Shown here: one piece after another, positions 55,276 to 64,000 of the stretch
Position numbering within the stretch: the stretch's first letter is position 1
How the letters are laid out: the number at the start of each line of letters is the position of its first letter
DNA from: an uncultured delta proteobacterium
GTDB lineage: Bacteria; Desulfobacterota; Binatia; UBA9968
DNA length: 64,000 nt
Assembly (NCBI GenBank): GCA_963737905.1
Contig: CAVTUQ010000014.1
Location: 64,001-128,000, forward strand
Direction: 5' to 3'
Notes under the pieces: model-generated
Database searches by the model: none
What the model was told of the DNA's origin: nothing
The model's input: the letters and a program-made list of their open reading frames with translations, nothing else
Program-made: the position numbers and the translations under genes

Positions 55276-55369
55276 GAGACAGTCCGGCATCCACGGCATT
55301 GGAAATGGAGTATCTCCGTTGCCACGGCGTGCTTGTAAACTCTCACGGTTTTCACCTTGATGAAATACT

Positions 55370-55747
55370 CAGTCATTTGGTCAGCGGAAGGCAACGCCCA
55401 TGAAAAATATTCCGAGTTTGTTCAGCCGGAATCGCACCCCTTCAATCTTGGACAGTCTTCAGGCCCAGAGTCTCTTGGGCCTCGAAGGTTTTGCGGAGGG
55501 GCTCCGACACCTGGTCTCGGAAAAACAACAGATTCGAACGGTACCGAAGGGCAACGATTCGTAGGAATCTGACTTGGAGAAGCTATTTTCACAGAGCCCA
55601 GGCAAAGCATCCAGGGATCGGCTCATCGCCCAAGCTGTTACAGGCACGGCTATAGCCAAATGGAGTTGCAACCTTCCTGCGCCTCCACTATTCGACAATC
55701 AGCCGAATCCTCGCCGCCAACAGAAGCGCAAATCTAAAGACCTGACC
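55370..55747 (+). mobile_element. 3' fragment of a third RAYT-type transposase ending in KT*-CC (aagacctgacc)
   Basis: QSLLG.EGF, QRFVG, LEKLF, HGYSQ, LHYSTISRIL...LKT* across frameshifts. Confidence 0.55.
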
Positions 55748-56047
55748 TGTGTCCCTGTATCTCGATTAAACTAATCTCATATTCCAAGATCCGACCCCTA
55801 GCACCCAAACGTTACTTCTGCTCGATCTGCTTCCGATCACGTCCACCTGCCAGCGCCAGTTGACACAACGTCACCTCATTGGATAATGTCCGTTTCAAAT
55901 CGGGGGTAGGAGAACCTGCCTGCCTTCTCTGATGTTGCTTTGGGCTCTCGAACGCGATCTCGCATGTGTGGTCGCAGGCATTTTTAAATCTTCGTTGGCT
56001 GACCCCCAAAAAGCGAGTTCCTATCATTCAGCGTGTAGAAGCGAGAC

Positions 56048-57036
56048 ATGGCCGCCATCTATTTCCACGGCGAGTTCTCATTAGGAGGGGAGGGCCTTCA
56101 GATCCTCGACGAGTTGCGCAAGCGTTTCGGGCGGGACACGTTGACGACTCGACTCGACCGGCGAGGACCACGAGTCTCGATGATGAGTGATGCCATTGCG
56201 TCCGTTGTGGCGGCGATCGTCTACATCATCGAGCCGGGAACTAAAAAGAAGGACCTCGAATCCGTGTTGCGCCCCGAGCGCACGCGTCCGCTAACGGCCT
56301 CAGAGATCATTAATAGCGATTTCCGTCCGGGCGATTTAGATCCGGCCAACCTCCCTTACTTGCTGGATCGCGATCACATCCTGGACCTCGAGATCCCTGT
56401 TATTGCAGTGCTTGTTGGCGGCGTGAACTCGAATGTCTTGCCTATCTACAAGCGCATCACGCCAATCACCCTTACTGAGAAATCTTGGGCGCATAGGGTA
56501 GCGAGCGTCGTGTCGGCGCTTGAGATGCTCGTGAGCGTCCCGCAGCTTCGCGGGACTTCGAACGACTCCTTGGCAACACTGCTCGAGAGGCGCAAGCCCG
56601 AGCCCGTCAAGCCCGACAAACCCCGCGCCGCGCACGAAGTGTTCGTCAGCTACGCCTTCAAGGACCAGGCGTTCGCTGACGCAATGGTGCGCGCCCTCGA
56701 GGAGAAAGGCATCCCCTGCTGGATCGCATCGCGAGACGTGCCGAAGGCGAGTCCTACGCGAAGCGAATTCCGGGCGCGATTCGCTCAAGCCGGCTAATCG
56801 TCGTGGTGGTCTCCGAGCACTCGAACCCATCGGAGGACGTGCTCAGCGAGGTCACACTCGCGAAGAACGCGAACGTGCCGAGGCTGCCGCTACTGATCGA
56901 TAATTCACCTCTCGACGACGGGCTCGCATACTTCTTCAGCCACCCCGTTCGTCTGTACGCGGCGGGCATGGGGCGCGCCGCCGCCATCGTCGCGCTCGTG
57001 GAGGAGGTGAAGCGCCACCTGCGACGGAATTTTTGA
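56048..57036 (+). CDS. TIR-domain protein (degenerate TIR-like N-domain plus canonical TIR), 1-nt deletion near 56746
   Basis: VFVSY..KD, CWIASRDV, then (after adding one G) GESYAKRI..AI..SRLIVVVVSEHSNPSEDVLSEV, PLLID. Confidence 0.8.
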
Positions 57037-57271
57037 GTTCTCGAGTGGCGGGACTTCAAAGCAAATTCCTATTATTCTTCACGAGAAAGAGGCAGGGGTC
57101 AGCTCTTTGGACTATGACATCAATGCTTCAAGCTCCCACACCCAACGCTCCGCCTAGCAGAAGACAGATTTTTGGGATCAGGTCTGAGTTTAGACTTTAG
57201 GAACGCAGGTTTGGGGGTAAGGCACTTTAACTCCGCTTATCGGAAAACGCTCGTGTAGAAAGTGCGGCCGC

Positions 57272-57640
57272 GTCTTGGAGTTGAATACTGGCTGCGAAGT
57301 TTTCAATTCGATCTTTGAACTTCATCTCCTTCGCATCTTACACTCTACAACCCGGCAGTTCCAACTCACGGTTGCATAACCGTTGGTTCCGAAATATTCC
57401 TCTATCTCCGGCAACGTTCGATCGCAACAGCGCCGAACCAGGTACATCGCCACCTTCCCGCTTCATTCTCCCGGCCCCTTAGACAGGGTTTGCTGAGAAA
57501 CTCCGACATTGGTGACAGAAAAGCAACAGATTCGAGAGATACGAAGCGGTGTCGCTCACTCTGGTCGAACCAACGTAACGGATTGATCTCGTGATCTAAA
57601 GCTCTAATATGGCTTCTATAAACTTTTAAGAGTGGTTTTT
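57272..57640 (-). mobile_element. Degraded RAYT C-terminal HTH fragment, longer copy
   Basis: RGRENEA..AMYLVRRCCDRTLPEIEEYFGTNGYATVSWNCR..FKDRIE. Confidence 0.55.
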
Positions 57641-57741
57641 GGTAGCGAAAAGCACGATCTAAGGCAGTGCAGCGATGCGGCGCCAACCGGCATTTGGTGC
57701 CCGGCCTTGTCTGGCGTATCACCCATCGCTGTCACATTTTT

Positions 57742-57832
57742 AAAAGGCGCATTGTGAATGGTTGAAGTAGGATTGAGCGCAGACATCGCGCGACGAGACG
57801 ATCGCTGGTCTGAGTCGATCGCGATCGGCAGC
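57742..57832 (+). mobile_element. Short internal piece of the 49766-type RAYT fragment
   Basis: aaaaggcgcattgtgaatgg...cgacgagacgatcgctggtctgagtcgatcgcgatcggcagc matches 62292-62385. Confidence 0.65.
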
Positions 57833-57946
57833 ATTAGCCTAACTAAATCCCATCCACATGGACGCATGACCCGCATAAGTAACAGCACGGTTGGATACGG
57901 AATACCTGGCAGTCATTAAACAGGCGTAGAGAATCTACCGAACCAG

Positions 57947-58324
57947 TTAGACTTTTGCGGGGAGCAACCTGCGAACGGCCGCGATTAAGGCGGCTGCATC
58001 TATAGGTTTCTGAATAAACTCTGCGAAGTCTTCCAAAATAACCTTTCCCGAACCGGCGGAAAGATACCCTGAAATGACTATTATCGGCATGTTCGGCCAT
58101 CTGGCACGAATTTGGTGGATCAGATTGACTCCATGAAGTCCGGGGAGAACAAGGTCAACGATTACTAGATCAAAGGCTTCCTGAGTAAGTACTTCGGCTC
58201 CCGTAGTAAGTATTTCCAAGGCTTGGTCCCCGTTTTGTGCTTCGGCTACTTGGTAACCTTCGGCTCGCAAAATCTGAGTAAACGCGCGCCGACTCAGAGA
58301 GTCGTCTTCAACAAAAAGAATCAT
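57947..58324 (-). CDS. Single-domain response regulator (receiver)
   Basis: ILFVEDD, IVDLVLP, VISGY, QKP. Confidence 0.85.
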   Translation of the reverse strand: MILFVEDDSLSRRAFTQILRAEGYQVAEAQNGDQALEILTTGAEVLTQEAFDLVIVDLVLPGLHGVNLIHQIRARWPNMPIIVISGYLSAGSGKVILEDFAEFIQKPIDAAALIAAVRRLLPAKV

Positions 58325-58603
58325 TTTCGGTCTAAGTTAGCTGTTTCACCTTCGGACATCCGCAGACTCGTCTATATGCTCATTCATTGATCCTTTAACA
58401 TCGTGCTGTCAACGAAGTCGTTGTCCTTGTTCAACCGTTAGGCTAAGTGACGTCTGATTATAAGCCATCTTGAGTCTAATGCCAGCTGGGGCACAGTCAA
58501 CCTCTTTTTTGTTTAATTCTATCGAACAAGGCTCCTAGAATCGGTTACCTAGAATTCTCTTAACCTTTAGAAAGCATCCCAAACATCCTCATGTTCTGCA
58601 GGC

Positions 58604-58855
58604 GAGACAATCGCTGGTCTGAGTCAATCGCGATCGGCAGCGAGGGATTTGTTGAGCAAGTGAAAATTGAATTGGGCTTCAGAGCACAACATCGCCAGGT
58701 TGCGGTGGCGGACGGTTTGTATACTCTTCGAGAGCCGGTGCCGCCTTATGGCGACCATTTCGATAGGGAAAATGAGGCTCTAAGGCCAAATAACACCGTT
58801 CCCTGGCAAACAAACCTTGAAACAACAGAGGCTTAGCCTCGGTCCGACCCCAACG
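58604..58855 (+). mobile_element. RAYT 3' fragment with GGTCCGACCCCAACG end, copy 2
   Basis: In-frame RDNRWSESIAIGSEGFVEQVKIELG...NLETTEA*. Confidence 0.7.
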
Positions 58856-59093
58856 TCCCGACGTGTCTGATCCCCGCGGATCGGGTCCTCGGAGAATTCA
58901 ATAAAAAGCTTTAGCGAACCGACTTGATGAGGGTTCGCGTCGCTACAATAACGTGGAAGGCCAAAAGCATGGATACACTCCCCGGTGAAGAATTCAGGAG
59001 TACAATGTTTTTGCGTCCCAATCAGTGACTCGTTTTTTTCCTTTTTCCAAATGGAATAAGCTCGGGACCGCATCGTTAAGCGCGGCTCCTATC

Positions 59094-61109
59094 CTAGTTC
59101 TGATCAATCCTTACCGCCGCCGTTTGCCGCACAAAGCCGGGAGGACGGCCGTGCTTGGAACGAATTTCTAACCAACCATCGCGGGAATCGACAACATTGA
59201 TTTTAATTCCCGGTTTAATGTTGGCGATCAGCCGTGAGGTATCGCTCGGCTCCCTGTAAACTTGGGTTGACCGAGATATTTTGTATGTACCCTGGACACG
59301 TCTCCGTATTTGTTTGGGAAATTCATTAGCTCCCGACGCAGGACTTGATCTTTGGAGCGTTTCTGAGCCAGCCTCGATTGGGATCGATTGCTCAATAGTC
59401 ACGGTTTCAGGCGCGACGGCTAGTTCTTTCGACCCGGAAGGCTTGTTGGAGCCTGTGTTCAGGGCGCCGACAGCGACGGTGGCCACGATTGCAATCGCAC
59501 CCGTGGCCGCAATCATTCCGACGCGCCGTGTTCGCTTTCCTGGAGTCTGGATGAGCGGTTTGATTTCTTCGTCGTTTGCCACGTGGACCCTGGCCGCCGA
59601 GTCGTCCGAACTCAAATCGATGGGATTGCTACTCTTATCACCTAGGCCATCGATCAGGGAATTCGCTTCCGAGACTGCCACTTGCTGCGCTTGTAATTCC
59701 ACGAGGTGCTGCCGAAAGGTGCTAACCTGCGTTTGGGTTTCCTCACTCTCTACGGGCCGTTCCTGCGATCGCGAAATTTCTTCTTCAAGTCGGCGATTTT
59801 CCTCACTTAGCTCCTCGCACATGCGCTCCATTCCCGCCAACCGTTCGCAAGTCGCATCTAGCTCTTGAACTTTTACTTTCCCCGTATCGAGCTCCCGTTG
59901 CAAGTCCGCGACTTGTGTTTTCAGCTTGTCTTGCTCCTCGTTCAAGATCATTTCCCGAGATTCAACCATGCCTAGTTGTTCCTGTGTGGCCTCCAATTCA
60001 CGGACTCGCGCTTGGCCTTCTTCTGCTTGTCGTTTCAACTCGACAACTTCGTTTTGCAGTCGCGCATAACATTCGGCGGACTCCTGATTCTGCCATGCGG
60101 ATTCGCTAAGCCGGGTTTCGCTCGTTTGAAGCTGGTTTTGCAGAGACGCAATCTCTTCGCGCAGCTGCTGATTTTCGAAATTGACGCCACCTAGGCGCTG
60201 TTGCTTGGCCTCAAGCTCTCTTATGGCTTCTTGGCTTGCTTGCAGCTGATTGCTCAGTTCGCTGACCTCGGTTTGGAGTCTCGAATTGTGCTCGGTAATC
60301 TCCCGGGCCTGAGTGACTGCTTCATTACAACGGCTTGCGGTCGTTCCTAGTTGTGTTTTTACGCTTGCTATTTCCTCTCGAAGCGCTTGGTTCTCGGTGT
60401 GCAACTGCTGATTCTCGGATTGAATACCAGGCATGTGATCCTGTAGTGTTCGGAGTTCTTCTACGGTCTGTTCGCTCGCCGCGAGCTGACTTGAAAGCGA
60501 GTTCATCATCTCCAGCAGCTCGTTGTTTTTCATCGTCAGTTTATCCATTTGCTGTCTTGATTCGGCGAGGTCAGATTCTAGTTGTAAATCGCGATCAGCA
60601 ACCTCCTTGTACTGACTGGCAGTTGTGTTAAGCAGCGATTCGCTCGTTTGAAGCTGGTTTCGGAGGTTCTCAATCTCCTCGCGCAGCTGCTGGTTTTCCA
60701 AATTGACGCCACCTAGGCGCTGTTGCTCGGCCTCAAGCGCCTTGATGGTTTCTTGGCTTGCTTGCAACTGCTGTTCTAGCTCGCCAGCGCTCATTAGCTG
60801 GCGTTGCTCGCACTGAAGCTCCTCCACCATTCTTTTGCTGTCTTCAAGTTCGCTTGACAGGGAGGCGATCTTTTCGATGAGGTACTTGTTTCTCGTCGTT
60901 AATTCCGCGGATGGATGCGTTTCAGAGTCTTGAGCATCGGAGGTCGGACATAGCTGGCCAATGATGGCGCGGATGCGATGATTGCGTCGGAGTTTCTCTA
61001 ACTCGCGTCGCTGTTTTCTAAGCTCGCGCTCGGCAGCCAGCAGAAGTATCCCTAGAACTATCATGGCTGCGGCGGCGAACATAAGCAGCCAGGCTAACAG
61101 GGTTTCCAT
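59094..61109 (-). CDS. Membrane-anchored long coiled-coil protein with C-terminal SH3b-like domain
   Basis: N-terminal TM, about 450-aa heptad region, second TM, VYREPS..SRLIA.IKPG..INVV..DGWLEI..GFV; GAGGA RBS. Confidence 0.8.
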   Translation of the reverse strand: METLLAWLLMFAAAAMIVLGILLLAAERELRKQRRELEKLRRNHRIRAIIGQLCPTSDAQDSETHPSAELTTRNKYLIEKIASLSSELEDSKRMVEELQCEQRQLMSAGELEQQLQASQETIKALEAEQQRLGGVNLENQQLREEIENLRNQLQTSESLLNTTASQYKEVADRDLQLESDLAESRQQMDKLTMKNNELLEMMNSLSSQLAASEQTVEELRTLQDHMPGIQSENQQLHTENQALREEIASVKTQLGTTASRCNEAVTQAREITEHNSRLQTEVSELSNQLQASQEAIRELEAKQQRLGGVNFENQQLREEIASLQNQLQTSETRLSESAWQNQESAECYARLQNEVVELKRQAEEGQARVRELEATQEQLGMVESREMILNEEQDKLKTQVADLQRELDTGKVKVQELDATCERLAGMERMCEELSEENRRLEEEISRSQERPVESEETQTQVSTFRQHLVELQAQQVAVSEANSLIDGLGDKSSNPIDLSSDDSAARVHVANDEEIKPLIQTPGKRTRRVGMIAATGAIAIVATVAVGALNTGSNKPSGSKELAVAPETVTIEQSIPIEAGSETLQRSSPASGANEFPKQIRRRVQGTYKISRSTQVYREPSDTSRLIANIKPGIKINVVDSRDGWLEIRSKHGRPPGFVRQTAAVRIDQN
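60117..60770. repeat. Intragenic 132-bp duplication (60117-60248 and 60639-60770)
   Basis: QLQASQE.I..LEA.QQRLGGVN.ENQQLREEI..L.NQLQTSE occurs twice, 174 aa apart. Confidence 0.85.
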
Positions 61110-61219
61110 AATATTCCTCCTATACCAACTTCGTCGCCGGTGACTCGAAAATATTCTCTAAGCCGTTTCTTGAGGAGCTGAATTTCTTGCCGCTGGTGTT
61201 GAGCAATGTTCTAGGGGGG

Positions 61220-61235
61220 AGCAATGGATCTGCCA
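61220..61235 (-). promoter_or_regulatory. Sigma54 promoter for the coiled-coil/SH3 gene
   Basis: TGGCAGATCCATTGCT (GG-N10-GC). Confidence 0.6.
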
Positions 61236-61371
61236 TCCGGCTAAGCACCCCTAAGAGTCCGCTTAAAAAAAATCGTGACCGCGACTTGTCTGACTGCGAG
61301 CGTGAGGCCGCCTTTGCTGGCGCTGGCGACAAGCAGCAGGTCTTCGATAACTGCATGAAGGCTAGGGGCTA

Positions 61372-61578
61372 TTAGTAGGAGCCCTCGTCACAGCAGGGAG
61401 ATTGCCCGCCGGAGACCGATCGTTGACCCGAACCCGCCCCGGCCGTCCCCGAAACCGCCTTTTTTAACGCTCTCCCGAGGTCCTGTAGATCTTCCCCTAT
61501 GCCACGAGTCGTTGCGCATCCTTCCAAGGTTAATACGGCCAAAAGCAACGCCCAGAGGGGCGACGTCTTCCTTTTCAT
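61372..61578 (-). CDS. Entericidin EcnA/B-like small lipoprotein
   Basis: Lipobox LEGC, ATTRGIGEDLQDLGRALKKA; GGAGG RBS. Confidence 0.7.
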   Translation of the reverse strand: MKRKTSPLWALLLAVLTLEGCATTRGIGEDLQDLGRALKKAVSGTAGAGSGQRSVSGGQSPCCDEGSY

Positions 61579-61772
61579 TTTGCCTCCAGGTGAATCTATA
61601 GCGCCGGGTGAATGGAGGATCGACTTTTCGTTTCTTCGTTCCGTTCTTGACAGTAGATCGTTCCAGTCTGGCTAAATAGAAAAATGGTCGACAATAAAAA
61701 TAAAATAAAACGATATTTTCTGGTCACGATTGCCTCGGGTGCTTACCATGCAGTCCTCCCAATTCTCTAAGG

Positions 61773-61788
61773 AGCAATGGATATGCCA
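61773..61788 (-). promoter_or_regulatory. Sigma54 promoter
   Basis: TGGCATATCCATTGCT, one mismatch from 61220-61235. Confidence 0.6.
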
Positions 61789-62290
61789 CCCGGCTAGACA
61801 TTGCCAACACGACGATTTTTGCGGTTTTACAAAGCAGGTCGGCCATTCAAGCTTGAAGAATTTACCTGACCAGCGAAAATTTCGGCCTGTTCTAATGGAC
61901 TCGCCACCCCTCTCTGAAATTTTCCCCCGTAACAGGGGATTACTATCCAGACGGGTTGACGAGCCCCTTCGAACTGATCCCAAGAAAATTCACTTGCTTA
62001 GCCTCGTTTAGATCGGCGGCATTGGCGTTGCTCAGGAAAACATGCATATCACGCTGCCACAGCTGGCAGGTTTATAGGCGTTAGGACGGAGCGGATATTT
62101 TCAGTAAGGGGATTAGAGACACACGACCAGCACGCCGTAGGAGATGGCATACGGAGTCGCGCGAGAGGACTTTGCACAAATCCGCAGTGCGACAAAGACG
62201 CAGATTCTATTTTTCTAACTGCCCAGTGTCGGGTACAACCCGGAAGAAGAAAACCAGCTATTAGAAAAACTGCATTGCCAAGCCGTATAA

Positions 62291-62596
62291 CAAAAAGGCG
62301 CATCGTGAATGGGTCGAAGCAGGATCGAGCGGAGACATAGTGCGACGAGACGATCGCTAGTCTGAGTCGATCGGGTTCGGCAGCGAGGGATCGGTTGAGC
62401 AAGTGAAAATTGAATTGGGCTTCAGAGCACAACATCGCCAGGTTTGTGGGGACGGTTTGTATACTCTTCGCGAGCCAGTGTCGCCTTATGGCGACCATTT
62501 CGATAGGGAAAATGAGGCTCTAAGGCCAAATAATACCGTTCCCTGGCAAACAAATCTTGAAACCAACAGAGGCTTAGCCTGGTCCGACCTCCAACG
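62291..62596 (+). mobile_element. RAYT 3' fragment, copy 3 (longer 5' extent, more decayed)
   Basis: KAHREWVEAG..RRDDR.SES ... ends ggtccgacctccaacg. Confidence 0.7.
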
Positions 62597-62704
62597 TTTT
62601 TTCCGTTTGTGGGACCTAAGTCCTATGCTTTAGTGCGCTCTCGGGGTTTTGCCCTGAACCCTTCCCAATCAAAGAGTTTCGCCAGTGCGTCAGTCTCCGC
62701 ACGG

Positions 62705-64000
62705 CTAGCGTCCATCGTCGTGATGGCGGTCACGATCGCGTCGATCTTCGCAAACGAAGTTCGCCGCATCATCGATGCTGCCAGACCCCACGTACCGCGC
62801 CACTTGCGGGTAAGCACAGATGGGACGTGTGCGGCTCACCGCGCCGGCAGTAACCCTGGAGGCAATGATCTCCTCCGGGGCCGTGCCCTCCTCGACCCAA
62901 TCCTCAAGCGCGCTCACCAGGTCCAACGTATTGGGCCCTCCAGGGTTGGCTCCGCCACAATGTCCCACATTGGGCAATAGGAAGAGTCGGACGAAATCCT
63001 CCGTTTTGTCCGGGTGACGCCGGTTACGATCGGCTTTGGTCCGAATCCTGTTGTAGTAATCAATGGTGTCCACCGGGTTTGGCAGTGGGTCGGATTCACC
63101 ATGCCACACGATCATCTTGCCGCCACGCTTATTGAAGGCGGTCAGATCTGGGTTGTCCGCGTTGTGGATGAACTCTAGTGTCTCACCATCGAACTCCTTG
63201 TTGAGCGTATATTCGACGTCTCTGTCGAAAGTGAAGGTCGTGAAGTTATAGTTGGGATCTTCGAAGACCGTATTCTGAAAGAACGTGGTGTATTGTGGAT
63301 TTGGCACGTCCCCGATCGATTGTCCCTGATCGAGTTCGCTCGTCCTCGGCACCCCTGGATAGACCTGTTCGCCCGTGGCCAGGTTCACCGGTGGCCCGGC
63401 GTACATACACTGGAGGGTTTCGACCTGGGGCGCGGTGAGACACGTCGGGTTGTCGGCACCGGTGCAGAGCAAACTCTTGGGCTGGAACTTGCAGCGCCGC
63501 GGGTCGTCGACCTGGCCGTCCACAAGACCGTCCAGGTGGTCGCAGGCCGCTATTACCGCCTTGAAGATTGCCGGCAGCTTGCCGACTGGGATGGCGTGCG
63601 CGCCGGTCGGATCCTCATGATTGCACTGCCAGGTCCAGACATGCCGCGATCGCAGTTGGAGCACCCGGTAGACAGGTGAGCCAGCGATGATGCCATCGTA
63701 GTCGTCGGGGTAGCGCTGGGCCTCCATGAACGCCTGCCGGCCGCCAGTCGAGCACCCGTTGAAGTAGGAACGCTCGGGATCGGCTCCGTAGAAGCCGTTG
63801 ATGATCGCTTTGGACTTCAACGTGAGCTCGTGAATCGATCGATAGCCGTAGTCTTTGATCTGCTGCGCGTTGGTCCACCAGGGATCGCCAGGGGCGTTGG
63901 AGCTGTGCCCAGTGTCCGTAGATGCTGTGGCATAATTGCGACTGAGCGCGGTTTGCATGTCCGAGAAGCTGATCGATCCGGCCAGGCCGCCGTTGCCGAC
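62705..64000 (-). CDS. Tannase/feruloyl-esterase-family hydrolase, copy B (5' end outside window)
   Basis: Identical in protein to 44583..46169 over the visible part except one T->S. Confidence 0.92.
   Translation of the reverse strand, partial: VGNGGLAGSISFSDMQTALSRNYATASTDTGHSSNAPGDPWWTNAQQIKDYGYRSIHELTLKSKAIINGFYGADPERSYFNGCSTGGRQAFMEAQRYPDDYDGIIAGSPVYRVLQLRSRHVWTWQCNHEDPTGAHAIPVGKLPAIFKAVIAACDHLDGLVDGQVDDPRRCKFQPKSLLCTGADNPTCLTAPQVETLQCMYAGPPVNLATGEQVYPGVPRTSELDQGQSIGDVPNPQYTTFFQNTVFEDPNYNFTTFTFDRDVEYTLNKEFDGETLEFIHNADNPDLTAFNKRGGKMIVWHGESDPLPNPVDTIDYYNRIRTKADRNRRHPDKTEDFVRLFLLPNVGHCGGANPGGPNTLDLVSALEDWVEEGTAPEEIIASRVTAGAVSRTRPICAYPQVARYVGSGSIDDAANFVCEDRRDRDRHHDDGR

Noticed and set aside
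55860-55900. Possible ISNCY-like terminal repeat (ggacattatccaatgagg on the minus strand)
   Set aside because: Too degenerate, with no partner end or transposase
58591-58836. Novel small repeated protein family (also ORFs 49628..49999 and 62403..62633)
   Set aside because: No proper starts, and indels differ between copies; they are transposase C-terminal fragments
61187-61375. Small protein ending CMKARGY
   Set aside because: Only the last ~35 codons resemble a lipoprotein C-terminus; the 5' part overlaps a promoter on the other strand and has no signal peptide

Overview
Bacterial genomic window, probably from a Candidatus Binatia/Deltaproteobacteria-like organism. This is an inference from gene content (NMT1-type binding proteins, UbiD, Mo-hydroxylase, sigma54 promoters), not a taxonomic search. 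It has three zones. (1) 1-14 kb is catabolic: two large, probably secreted uncharacterised alpha/beta-hydrolase paralogs plus a fragment, a UbiD/racemase-fold/methyltransferase operon, mlaC, dgkA, an orphan Mo-hydroxylase large subunit and an MBL hydrolase. (2) 14-34 kb is a minus-strand housekeeping run (icd-mdh-sucCD-ndk-rlmN-mtnP-pfkB-GT2-ugd-uxs-epimerase-lepA-lepB-2 small genes-lhr) with several single-base indels that look like long-read errors. (3) 34-64 kb is an accessory mosaic: orphan receiver domains, a CPA2 antiporter, an HO-like diiron enzyme, four tannase/feruloyl-esterase-family genes, a TIR-domain gene, and many 3' fragments of REP-associated tyrosine transposases (RAYT). Highlights are (a) a frameshift-riddled tannase-family gene that closely resembles Ideonella MHETase, including the lid signature NQGWRSW..SFN..NNAQRV, divergent from a LysR gene whose middle is replaced by a 424-nt poly-T artefact; (b) an ungapped 43-bp LysR-type motif upstream of three secreted hydrolases; (c) a conserved RDRDRHHDDGR C-terminal tail; (d) a tannase paralog lacking the canonical Asp and His-Cys; (e) RAYT-end-bounded cargo and duplications; (f) a ~180-nt rod-like candidate ncRNA. 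No rRNA, tRNA or CRISPR array was seen. All homology calls come from motif recognition by eye; no database search was run.
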